This document shows positions 17,896 to 26,256 of a stretch of DNA of 64,000 bases, piece by piece; position 1 is the stretch's first letter; every line of letters starts with the position of its first letter. The notes below the pieces were generated by a model. It had not been told where the DNA came from. It saw only the letters and a program-made list of their open reading frames with translations, and searched no databases. This DNA is from a virus. Its lineage: Duplodnaviria; Caudoviricetes. Made by a program: the position numbers and the translations under genes. The DNA is taken from the IMG/VR virus record IMGVR_UViG_3300049381_000011, positions 31,942 to 95,941 of that record, one strand, 5' to 3'.

Positions 17896-18180
17896 ATGGC
17901 GACCACAGCTCTCGTATGTGCTGGGATCGGCTTAGCGTGCCTCGCCTTCTCGGTCGTCTTCACCGTGATTGCGGGCAGCTCACCGCGATGGATCTGGTAC
18001 GCCCAGATATCCACCACGGTGGTCCTGGCGTTCCTCATCCCGCTGGTGTACAGGAAGCGTCGCCAGCTGATCGTCCAGCTGCAGGAGCTCGACAAGACGC
18101 CGCAGCTCGACAAGACGGCTTATCAGGGCGGCGAGGCTCGCGTGCAACCAAGGCGTCGACCGTCAGCACTCAGGGGCTGA
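17896..18180 (+). CDS. Two-TM membrane protein
   Basis: Two hydrophobic segments. Confidence 0.5.
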   Translation: MATTALVCAGIGLACLAFSVVFTVIAGSSPRWIWYAQISTTVVLAFLIPLVYRKRRQLIVQLQELDKTPQLDKTAYQGGEARVQPRRRPSALRG

Positions 18181-18241
18181 TCATGCACGTAACCGACACC
18201 GTCAACAACGATCCCGACCAGATGGCAACCGAGGAGCGACC

Positions 18242-18691
18242 GTGACCAAAACGACCTACACCGGCGAACAGATGAGAGACCTACTGGTTGCCGGCAGCCT
18301 CTGCCAGGGCCGCCACGTCCAGGCCGCTGTACACCTGCTGCTTTTCACCGACCTCCACACCCGACCCTGGTTCGCCGAGATCGTTGAGATCGGCCCCGGC
18401 GGCGCCGGCGGGGCGTTGCTCGAGTGCGCATTCGTCAACTGGACGGATCTGCCCAACCGGATCGATCCTCGACTCGGATCCGGCACGGTCAACCTGATCA
18501 ATCTCGCCGTAGCGTTCGCCGACCGTCAGCAGATCGATATCGCTGCTGCGGTCACCAGCCACGGACACGCGCACGCGCGCCGGATCGCTGAGGCGGTCTT
18601 GATCCTGGCCGGCTACCAGGACTGGTACACGCTGCAGCCCGGCCCGGACCTCGTCGAGCACCAGCGCTTCACCGAGGAGCTGCTCGGATGA
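18242..18691 (+). CDS. Hypothetical protein
   Basis: GAGGAG RBS; coupled with next gene. Confidence 0.65.
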   Translation: MTKTTYTGEQMRDLLVAGSLCQGRHVQAAVHLLLFTDLHTRPWFAEIVEIGPGGAGGALLECAFVNWTDLPNRIDPRLGSGTVNLINLAVAFADRQQIDIAAAVTSHGHAHARRIAEAVLILAGYQDWYTLQPGPDLVEHQRFTEELLG

Positions 18692-19104
18692 CCCACGCAA
18701 TCGAGTGTGTCGACGACGACCACGCGGTCGACCTGGCCGCGGTGCTCCGCGATGAGTACCACTACCGCAACGTCCGGGTGGAGAACGCCACCGTCTACGC
18801 GGACCGGTTCGCTGTAGACGAAACCAGCGACACCCTGGTCACATATGCGATCGCGTACGGCTACGCGCCGAAGCCTGCCGAGCCGGTCCAGCTGGGTCCG
18901 TTCGAGGAAGACAAGCCGGACCCGTCGCAGCCCATGACCATGGGGCATGTCCGCGCGTGGGTTGCGGCCCGGTCGCACATCCCGGACGACTACCACGTCG
19001 ACGCGTCGCTGGTCGAGTTTCCTCGCAGCTGGGCTCGGGGCAACCCGTTCTACACGAACGTCCTGCTGAACCTCCACACGCCAGACCCGGCGGAGCTCAT
19101 CTAA
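18688..19104 (+). CDS. Hypothetical protein
   Basis: ATGA overlap; terminator follows. Confidence 0.6.
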   Translation: MTHAIECVDDDHAVDLAAVLRDEYHYRNVRVENATVYADRFAVDETSDTLVTYAIAYGYAPKPAEPVQLGPFEEDKPDPSQPMTMGHVRAWVAARSHIPDDYHVDASLVEFPRSWARGNPFYTNVLLNLHTPDPAELI

Positions 19105-19106
19105 AA

Positions 19107-19149
19107 CGGTGGGGTTCGGGGCGATCCGTAAGCGCCCCGAACCCCACCG
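19107..19149 (+). terminator. Perfect 17-bp hairpin
   Basis: cggtggggttcggggcg...cgccccgaaccccaccg. Confidence 0.65.
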
Positions 19150-19191
19150 ATCATCACATCCCGAACCGCCGACTATCCAGGGAGTACCGAA

Positions 19192-19644
19192 GTGACGAAG
19201 ATCAAAGACGCTGAGGAAGTCGTCAGCGAGCTGCACCCCTATTTCGAATGGTCCGCGAAGCACTCCAGCTCGGCGGCCGCGACGATCGCCGAATTGGTTC
19301 GCTACCTCAACCACGCCACCGAGCATCCCGAGGCAGTACCGCTGCCTCAGGATGTTGGCGCCATCCTCTACCAGCTCGGCACCACCCTGGAGCGGCTGCC
19401 GCAGACTCTCTGGCAGCTCGGCCAGCTGGTACGGAAGCATGCCGACAACCCGGCGCTGGCCAGTAGCGGGAGCCCTGAGCGGATGAAAGGGCATGCCGCG
19501 GCTGAATGGGCGTTGGTGGTCGCGGCCAGGCTGCGCGACACGCAGCGCGACACTCAGCTGAAGGACATCGGCAAGCAGTTGAAGCGGCTCGGCTGGGATG
19601 CCGAGTATCTGCACCTGACGGTATCCGACGACGAGGAGGTGTGA
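19192..19644 (+). CDS. Hypothetical helical protein
   Basis: GGGAG RBS; AELVRYLNHAT. Confidence 0.65.
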   Translation: MTKIKDAEEVVSELHPYFEWSAKHSSSAAATIAELVRYLNHATEHPEAVPLPQDVGAILYQLGTTLERLPQTLWQLGQLVRKHADNPALASSGSPERMKGHAAAEWALVVAARLRDTQRDTQLKDIGKQLKRLGWDAEYLHLTVSDDEEV

Positions 19645-19647
19645 TCC

Positions 19648-19944
19648 ATGACCGGCAGCACGGAGCGTGACACCGTGGTGGGCGACAAGCTGGCTGCGCT
19701 ACGCGGCAGCACCGACGCGGTGATCTGGCCGATCGAACCCGCCAGCCCCTGGCCTGGCCAGCCGATGGCGATCGCCATGCTCTGGCTCGCTGTCGCGGTT
19801 GCTGCCATCCTGGCGATCCGCGAGGTGCCGAGCAGCGCGACAGTCGACTTTTGGACCGCGTTCACGCTCGGTGCGGTCAGCGCGGCGCTGGCGTTCGTGA
19901 CCGTCCGGTTCGTGGCGCTGGTCGTCCGGCAGGTTCGGTCGTGA
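19648..19944 (+). CDS. Two-TM membrane protein
   Basis: GGAGG RBS; hydrophobic segments. Confidence 0.55.
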   Translation: MTGSTERDTVVGDKLAALRGSTDAVIWPIEPASPWPGQPMAIAMLWLAVAVAAILAIREVPSSATVDFWTAFTLGAVSAALAFVTVRFVALVVRQVRS

Positions 19945-20133
19945 CCGGCGGGTAGGTCGCGCGTCGCCCGTGGCGCTCGGTGGTAACGTGCGAGACGCCG
20001 ACCTGCTGGACCTGGAAACCGCCTTCATCGCTTACGCGTTGGGGGCGGTTTTCGCGTACGTGAAAAGGTTTCACCCGACCATAAGAGTCATTATGATGTA
20101 AGGTTTTCGCGAATCACGTTCGCGTTTGGTGGG

Positions 20134-20370
20134 TCAGTCGACCGGCTCGGACTCGGACGCAGCGTCGTCCAGAACGAACTGGAGGGTGTACTTCTGACCC
20201 GGCTCGAACAGATCGCCGACGGCACCCTTGACCGTCATGGACAGTGACAGCGACGGAGTGGCGGCCGCCCATTCCTGGTTCGCGCCGTCCGCGTAGTTCG
20301 GGGCAAACGACAGGTTGACCTGATCGCCATACGGGCTCTTGGTCTGGCACTGAACTTTCGCGGTGATCAT
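20134..20370 (-). CDS. Small phage hypothetical protein
   Basis: GAGGAG RBS; NQEWAAATPS...FEPGQKY. Confidence 0.65.
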   Translation of the reverse strand: MITAKVQCQTKSPYGDQVNLSFAPNYADGANQEWAAATPSLSLSMTVKGAVGDLFEPGQKYTLQFVLDDAASESEPVD

Positions 20371-20452
20371 GCTGCTACTCCTCTGTTCTCGAACGCTGCT
20401 CGCGTCCGTCGGTCATGGGACAGAAAACTCGCCGTGCGTCGGCCGGCCCCGG

Positions 20453-20776
20453 TCACCGCGGGATTCTCGTGAGGAATCCGCGTGGCGGCGCGGCAGCGTC
20501 GTCGTCGACGTCGACCGGGCGCAGTAGCCGGCGGCCCGTCTCGCCGAGCGCGACCCGGGCGGCGAACGTCAGCCCGTCGTCGAACTGTTCCTCATCGTGC
20601 AGACCGGCATAGCCGGGGTCGCGGTGCTCCCGGATGTCGCTGGCGATCTGCCGGCGCAGGTGCCGCAGCTCGCCTCTGGCGCGCTGGCGCCCGATGAACA
20701 GCAGCGCGATCACAGCGCCGGTGCCGAGCGGCAACACCAGGTGGTTCATAACCCACCAGAACAGGCCCACGTTCAT
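20453..20776 (-). CDS. Single-TM hypothetical protein
   Basis: GAGG RBS; N-terminal TM. Confidence 0.55.
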   Translation of the reverse strand: MNVGLFWWVMNHLVLPLGTGAVIALLFIGRQRARGELRHLRRQIASDIREHRDPGYAGLHDEEQFDDGLTFAARVALGETGRRLLRPVDVDDDAAAPPRGFLTRIPR

Positions 20777-20785
20777 CTCACCTCG

Positions 20786-21073
20786 TCAGACCGTCGACCC
20801 GACCACGGTGTAGGGCACCGCGTCGTCCGATGACACCAGTCGGATCGACGCCGCGTTCACGTCGAGATTCGCGACCCGCAGCCGGACCCGTTCGCCGGCG
20901 AGGACCGGGTACATGTCATCGGCGGCCGCTACCGGTGTGCTGCCGTCGACCGTCACCCAGATCGTGGCGGCCGCGGACCGGTTGATGATCTCGGCCCATC
21001 CTCCGTGCTGGACGATCGGCACCGTGACGGCGACGGTGGCGGCGAGGGTTCCGGACTTCGCGCGGGCTGCCAT
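20786..21073 (-). CDS. Beta-rich hypothetical protein, possibly virion-associated
   Basis: IINRS...IWVTVDGSTP. Confidence 0.55.
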   Translation of the reverse strand: MAARAKSGTLAATVAVTVPIVQHGGWAEIINRSAAATIWVTVDGSTPVAAADDMYPVLAGERVRLRVANLDVNAASIRLVSSDDAVPYTVVGSTV

Positions 21074-21095
21074 GGCGGGGCCTTTCGCTGGTGGG

Positions 21096-21383
21096 CTATC
21101 CGAGGTTCGTACGCCGCGGTGTAGCGCGCTCGGTTTCGATCGCGTCGATCTGCGCCTGGTCGGCGCCGGCGGCGAGCAGCAGCTCGCGCATGCGCGGTCC
21201 GGGCCATTGGTCGGGGGTGTTCGCTGCGGCGTGTGACAGCAGATGCACATCGGTGCTGATCGCGCGGAGGACCGAGGTCGGGTAGTCCGGGGGGACGTCG
21301 GTCAGGGCTGCGATCCGGTGGGCGGATCCGACCAGCTGGGCGACGGTCACGCGTTCGGCTTTGCGGTGCCGGGCGATCTCCAC
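21096..21383 (-). CDS. Hypothetical protein
   Basis: GTG start in co-directional cluster. Confidence 0.5.
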   Translation of the reverse strand: MEIARHRKAERVTVAQLVGSAHRIAALTDVPPDYPTSVLRAISTDVHLLSHAAANTPDQWPGPRMRELLLAAGADQAQIDAIETERATPRRTNLG

Positions 21384-21393
21384 ACCGGCGACT

Positions 21394-21570
21394 TTACGCG
21401 TCGATCGGGGTCCGGCTCTCCAGCTGGACGAGCAGCTGGCGAGCCGCGGGCGGCATCTGCTCGAACGTGTTGATGCCGGAGACACCGGCGCGGATCTGCA
21501 GGCGTTCGGCGACGGTGGCGCGGCCGTTGGTCATCGCGTCGGACGCGCGTCGCCATAGCTCAGGGGTCAT
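21394..21570 (-). CDS. 58-aa protein coupled to ART-like gene (candidate immunity/partner)
   Basis: Manual translation MTPELWRRASDAMTNGRATVAERLQIRAGVSGINTFEQMPPAARQLLVQLESRTPIDA; overlaps upstream stop by 11 nt; GGAGG upstream. Confidence 0.55.
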   Translation of the reverse strand: MTPELWRRASDAMTNGRATVAERLQIRAGVSGINTFEQMPPAARQLLVQLESRTPIDA

Positions 21571-22603
21571 ATCGGTCGCTCGCCTCCTCGATCATCAGTA
21601 CCGTCCGGTTGAAGATGATCACCTGGTCGGCGTTCTGCTCATCCGTGACGTCGTCAGGATAGTAGGCGCCGTCACCCTCGGAGTCCTCACCCTTGATGTG
21701 CACACCATCGTAGCCGCGCATGACCGCGTACCAGGAACTGTCCGATGCGGTGCTGAACCACTTCCAGGCGTCCGCGTCCTGGGTGTCCAGCCAGGCTCGG
21801 TGCTCGCGCTGCAGCTGCACAAAGTCGATGATCTTGGCGTCCGGGTCGATGGCCATCCGCATGAGACCGCCAGGGTTGCCGCCGTACGAGGTGACGAGGT
21901 CACCTGCCCACTCCCGCAGCCCGTCGGGTTCCCATCTGCCCTGGCCTTCGTACGGCCCGCTGCGGCTCATCATGATCGCCGGTTCGTGGCCGCGGTAAAC
22001 CTCGGCTGTCGACCTGCGGGGGGATGTGTAGATCCCGTTGCCGTAGATCCCTTTGCCCATCTCCCAGGCACCGGTCCGCGTTGCTTCGGACATCTCAACG
22101 GCCTTGAGGTCACCCGCGCCGGAAACGCCACGCCACACCTGCGACCAGCCGTTCGCGATCGCCGTGTCGAGCTCCTCAGGCGAGACGACACGCGCCGGAT
22201 CACTCCAGCCGGTCTGGCGGCGCACGAGCGCTGTCAGGAGCTTGTCGCCATGCGGGGCCGGGTCGCGTTTCGCGTCGGAGACCAGCGTGTCGAAGTCGTC
22301 GGCAGCCCGGTCCTCAATGTCACGGCCGGCGTGCCGGTTGCTCTTCCCTGCGACCTGCGCGGTCCGCACGGCGACAGCGTCCTGCCTGCGGTTCGTGGCG
22401 TCGAGCCGGACCGGGTCCCGGCGACGCTGCGCCGGCGTGGTCGTCGACGCTTCGGCCCGCATTTTGGCCATGCGGCGCAGGAGCGCACCGTCACGGCCTG
22501 GCTTGCGGACACCGTGGAGGGTGCCACGGCACGCGCAGACGCACACGGTGCCGTCGGCGTCGCCGCAGATGTCGGTGTGGGTGCCGCCGGCGATCTCAGA
22601 CAC
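21560..22603 (-). CDS. CxCxC-H leader protein with ADP-ribosyltransferase-like C-terminal domain
   Basis: WRG, GIYGNGIYTS, AEVY, GYDG, QVIIFN motif order of ART folds; GGAGG RBS. Confidence 0.65.
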   Translation of the reverse strand: MSEIAGGTHTDICGDADGTVCVCACRGTLHGVRKPGRDGALLRRMAKMRAEASTTTPAQRRRDPVRLDATNRRQDAVAVRTAQVAGKSNRHAGRDIEDRAADDFDTLVSDAKRDPAPHGDKLLTALVRRQTGWSDPARVVSPEELDTAIANGWSQVWRGVSGAGDLKAVEMSEATRTGAWEMGKGIYGNGIYTSPRRSTAEVYRGHEPAIMMSRSGPYEGQGRWEPDGLREWAGDLVTSYGGNPGGLMRMAIDPDAKIIDFVQLQREHRAWLDTQDADAWKWFSTASDSSWYAVMRGYDGVHIKGEDSEGDGAYYPDDVTDEQNADQVIIFNRTVLMIEEASDRYDP

Positions 22604-22627
22604 GCCAGCCTCCGCACAGTGGGGTTC

Positions 22628-23050
22628 TTACAGGAGGACGAAGACCTCGTCGACGGCGAGGAGTCCGGCGTCGGACGGGTGCGGGTCGTGGACCAGGCGC
22701 AGGTCCATGTCGACGATGACGACGTGCTGCCATGGTCCGCGTGGTGACGGGCCGGAGCCGATGACCCAGCGGTCGACGTCCGGGTCGACGAAGGCATGCC
22801 GGACGTCGCCGTCGACGACGGGCACGCACACGAACTTGCGGCCGCGGCCGGTGGCCCAGGCGCACATGTCGTCCCACCACGATTCGCCGGCAGCGGCGAA
22901 GTGGGGCACCTGGTCGTAGTCGACGCCGGCGAGCGACGCGACTGCGGCTCGGAGGCAGTCCCCGGGTTGGCCGTCGGCGTTGTGGCCGTCGCCGCGGCCG
23001 GGGTCGGCGATGATGCGCTGGCGGATGAGGAGGGTTGCTGTGGTGGCCAT
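22628..23050 (-). CDS. Putative papain-like (Cys-His-Asp) protein
   Basis: GDCLRAAVASL...HVVI...VHDPHP. Confidence 0.5.
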   Translation of the reverse strand: MATTATLLIRQRIIADPGRGDGHNADGQPGDCLRAAVASLAGVDYDQVPHFAAAGESWWDDMCAWATGRGRKFVCVPVVDGDVRHAFVDPDVDRWVIGSGPSPRGPWQHVVIVDMDLRLVHDPHPSDAGLLAVDEVFVLL

Positions 23051-23241
23051 GGCTACCGCTCGCCCCAGGTGTACATGGCGCCGGCGAGCCGGTCGACCAT
23101 CCGCCAGCTGCGCCGCTCCCACCGTTCGGTCCGGTGACGGTGCAGGCAGTCGTTGAGGCCGGTGAGCAGCAGACCGAGGCGTGCGATCCGGGGTAGTGGC
23201 GGCCGCGGCGGGCAGCTCTGGCACATGTCAACACTCCACAC

Positions 23242-23278
23242 TTGACATAACTTGTATGCGACTACATACTAGTTATGT
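23242..23278 (+). promoter_or_regulatory. TTGACA-17-CATACT promoter overlapped by a 14-bp inverted repeat operator
   Basis: acataacttgtatg-cgacta-catactagttatgt (13/14 match). Confidence 0.7.
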
Positions 23279-23309
23279 AGCTGGTTGGCGATCGAGATTG
23301 GACACCGCG

Positions 23310-23477
23310 ATGAACGACATGGATCTCTTCGGCACCGAGACCACGACCGACACCGCCCCGGTCGTCGTCGAGCAGCTGGGCCTGTTCGCCACCGAGGCGT
23401 TCACCCGCCCGAAGCCGCTCCCCACCGTCGTCAAGGCGCCGAAGTTCGCCGACCAGCTCGACCTGTTCTCCAACTGA
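23310..23477 (+). CDS. 55-aa peptide with two beta-clamp-binding motifs
   Basis: QLGLF, C-terminal QLDLF, also MDLF. Confidence 0.6.
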   Translation: MNDMDLFGTETTTDTAPVVVEQLGLFATEAFTRPKPLPTVVKAPKFADQLDLFSN

Positions 23478-23488
23478 AGGGCCCGACC

Positions 23489-23890
23489 ATGACCGGCACC
23501 GACCCGCAGACTCCCCCCACCGACCATCCGGGCGACGTCGTCGACGAGGAGGTGAGGCGGGCTTTCGAGATCGTCGAGAGAGGCGCTCGGGCGCGGCTAG
23601 CGCTGCAGGAACAGGTTGCGTCGCTCGCCGAAGCGGCACGCGAGATCGACGACGACTTCCCCGCGCTGCCGATCGACGTGAGACGCATAACCTCCCACGT
23701 CATCGCCGCGACCATCTCGGACCTGGTCAGGATCATCGACCTGGCACAGACGGCGATCGTCACCGCGATCGGGGCCGGTCGCGACCGGCCCGGCGACCAG
23801 CTCACCCGCGCGCAGCTCGCCGACGCGCTGGGCATCGACCCCCGCAACCTCGAACGGCACAAGCTGGTCCGGAAGGCCAGCGAGATCTAA
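23489..23890 (+). CDS. HTH DNA-binding protein
   Basis: C-terminal LTRAQLADALGIDPRNL. Confidence 0.65.
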   Translation: MTGTDPQTPPTDHPGDVVDEEVRRAFEIVERGARARLALQEQVASLAEAAREIDDDFPALPIDVRRITSHVIAATISDLVRIIDLAQTAIVTAIGAGRDRPGDQLTRAQLADALGIDPRNLERHKLVRKASEI

Positions 23891-23894
23891 ACGG

Positions 23895-24275
23895 CTACGC
23901 AGTACCGGCGGGCGCCTGGTCGGGCTCGCCGGCTTTCTGCTGCCCGGTCCACGGGAGCATCAGCCCGTCACCCGGCCTACGCGGTATGACGTGCACGTTC
24001 AGGTGGAACACCGTCTGCGTCGCAGCCGTACCGATCGACGTGATGATGTTGCAGCCGATCAGGTCGCTGGCGAGCAGCGCGGCGATCCGCATCACCCGTG
24101 CGGTGGTGAGGAGGTCCGTAGTCGCGTCCGGGACGTGGAGCCGCGGTACGACGAGCATGTGTCCCGGCACGACCGGTTCGAGCGGCTCGAAAGCGACGGC
24201 GGAGCGCCAGCCGCGGTCAAACTCTCGGCGCTGGATCCGGTCGCAGAACGGGCACTGCTCCGCTGGCGCGTTCAT
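23895..24275 (-). CDS. HIT-family protein with HxNxH variant motif
   Basis: CPFC, PVVPGHMLVVPRLH, ATQTVFHLNVHVIPR. Confidence 0.85.
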   Translation of the reverse strand: MNAPAEQCPFCDRIQRREFDRGWRSAVAFEPLEPVVPGHMLVVPRLHVPDATTDLLTTARVMRIAALLASDLIGCNIITSIGTAATQTVFHLNVHVIPRRPGDGLMLPWTGQQKAGEPDQAPAGTA

Positions 24276-24688
24276 CGGGCGCACAGCACGATGTCGGCGG
24301 ACCGTTCGGCGACGACCCGCGCTGCCCGACGGCGAACCCAGCTGAAAAACAGCCGATTGCCGATGTAGCCGGCGGCCTGGGCGCCGGCGGCGCCGGCGAA
24401 CAGCCAACTGTGCCAGCCGGCGACGTCGAGCGCGCCGACGGTCAGCGCGCTGCACGTCAGCACGTTGATCCCGAATCCTGTGAAGCCGAGGATCCAGCCG
24501 GCCCGACCGGGGGACGCGAGCGCCTGCACCACAGCGAACTGGAGGTGCGGTGCGGCGGCGGTAATGGCCAGACGTGCGTCGGCGGCCGCGTGCCGCATGT
24601 CGGTCGTCGGTCGTTCGAGGAGCACGAGCTCAGCCGCGTCAAACGCGGCCTGGCTGATCGGGGCGAGAAGTTGCGTGATGGGTCGCAT
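24272..24688 (-). CDS. Membrane hypothetical protein
   Basis: GGAGG RBS; hydrophobic C-half. Confidence 0.5.
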   Translation of the reverse strand: MRPITQLLAPISQAAFDAAELVLLERPTTDMRHAAADARLAITAAAPHLQFAVVQALASPGRAGWILGFTGFGINVLTCSALTVGALDVAGWHSWLFAGAAGAQAAGYIGNRLFFSWVRRRAARVVAERSADIVLCAR

Positions 24689-24727
24689 GGTTCCTCCAAG
24701 GTGCGGGCTCGGCGGACGTACAGAGGT

Positions 24728-24943
24728 CTACTTGTCTTCGGCGGGGGGTCTGGCCAGGCCGTGGGTGGCGATCGCGACGCCGAGGTCGCGCCACCCTTCC
24801 GCGACGGCCAGGAGCCGGCTCGCTTCGCCGATGCTCTCGCAGCTCTCGGCCTGGGCGAGCAGGACGGCTGCCCGTTCGGCGCAGGTGTGCCGGTCGACTG
24901 CCTGCGACTGTGGGACGGCGACGGGTGTCTCAGACGTCGTCAT
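24728..24943 (-). CDS. Small hypothetical protein
   Basis: ATGA overlap with terL. Confidence 0.5.
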   Translation of the reverse strand: MTTSETPVAVPQSQAVDRHTCAERAAVLLAQAESCESIGEASRLLAVAEGWRDLGVAIATHGLARPPAEDK

Positions 24944-26256
24944 AGGATGATCTTGTCCTTGATGTAGGGCCGCCAAAGCGACTCGGTGGTGTGGACGCCA
25001 TAGCGGAGCGCGTCGCAGCTGTGGTCATCGGCCTTGATCGGGACGTCTTCGCCCTTCTGGGCCTTCTCGTCATCCCAGCTGTAGCCCGGGATTTCGTCGA
25101 TCAGGCCGCGGCACGACTCGTGGACCAGCAGCCGGAAGTTCGCGAGCAGCGTCGCGACGTTCCGGATGCCGTCCAGGACGTTGTTGCGTGCTTTCGTCGG
25201 CGTGAGGTCGTCCTCGAACAGCTGGACGATGAACGACCTGGCGGACGGGTCGACGCAGATGTACTCCGGGTCGATCCCCCGCTGCGGGACGAGTAGCCCT
25301 GTCGCCGCATCCGGTGTGCCGGTGCCGGGGATCTCGTGGTTGGCCAGCCAGCGCTGGATCGACACGCTGTACTGCGCGTCGGTTTTGCTCTTGTGCGCCT
25401 GCTTGGCGTCGTAGCGGTATTCGCTGGTCGCGTACAGGCGCTGGTCGACGCCCATGCCGAGCGAGATCGCCGAGAACGGGTTGGAGGTGCCGTAGTCGAC
25501 GCCGACGGACAGCCAACGGTCCATGATCGGGAGCCGGTTGACGACGTGGCGGGACTCGTCCCACATGTCGTAGATCGCACCCTCAGCGGCGACCCAGTGC
25601 CCGAGGACGAAGCGGCGGAAGTAGAGGCCCACGAATTGGGCTTTGATCGCTGCTTTGAATTCCGGGTCGAGGAACGGGTTGTCGTCCAGGGTGAAGTGCC
25701 AGTGCCGCAGCCGGGTGTCCTGCGGCCGCAGGATGAAGTCTTTGCGCAGCCAGTGCGACGGGTTGTCGGGGTTGGTGGTGGCGAACAGCATCGCCCCGCG
25801 GACGCTCATGCGGCCCAGGAGCTGGGTCCAGAACTCGCGCGGTACGAGGGTCGCCTCGTCGACGTAGGCGCCGGCCACCGTCATGCCTCGCAGGCGGGTT
25901 TCCGCCCGGGCGTCGTTAGCTCCGATGATGTCGACGACCCTGCCGAAGATCCACGCCTGGTTAGAGCCGGGCGTGTAGTGGATCTCGTCGGCGATCGGTC
26001 CGAACAGCGCCGGGTCCTGCAGCACGGAGAACAGGTTCCGGTTGATCGTGTCCTTGGTGCGGCCGACCATGACCAGGCGGCCGCCGAGCGGCGCGTTACG
26101 GACGTACAGCACCCAGCGCAGCAGCGACGCGACCGTCTTGCCGGCACGGATCGCGCCGGTCCACACGTTGACGCGGGCCCGCGCCTGCCGGATCGACGCG
26201 AGTTGTGCCAGTGACAGCGGCGGCGCGGCGCGGAGCTCGTCGTAGGCGACGGTCAT
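24940..26256 (-). CDS. terL: Terminase large subunit (PBSX family)
   Basis: GAIRAGKT, YVDEAT, TTNPDNPSHWL, GVDYGTSNP, VDPSA, DDHSCDALRY. Confidence 0.95.
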   Translation of the reverse strand: MTVAYDELRAAPPLSLAQLASIRQARARVNVWTGAIRAGKTVASLLRWVLYVRNAPLGGRLVMVGRTKDTINRNLFSVLQDPALFGPIADEIHYTPGSNQAWIFGRVVDIIGANDARAETRLRGMTVAGAYVDEATLVPREFWTQLLGRMSVRGAMLFATTNPDNPSHWLRKDFILRPQDTRLRHWHFTLDDNPFLDPEFKAAIKAQFVGLYFRRFVLGHWVAAEGAIYDMWDESRHVVNRLPIMDRWLSVGVDYGTSNPFSAISLGMGVDQRLYATSEYRYDAKQAHKSKTDAQYSVSIQRWLANHEIPGTGTPDAATGLLVPQRGIDPEYICVDPSARSFIVQLFEDDLTPTKARNNVLDGIRNVATLLANFRLLVHESCRGLIDEIPGYSWDDEKAQKGEDVPIKADDHSCDALRYGVHTTESLWRPYIKDKIIL

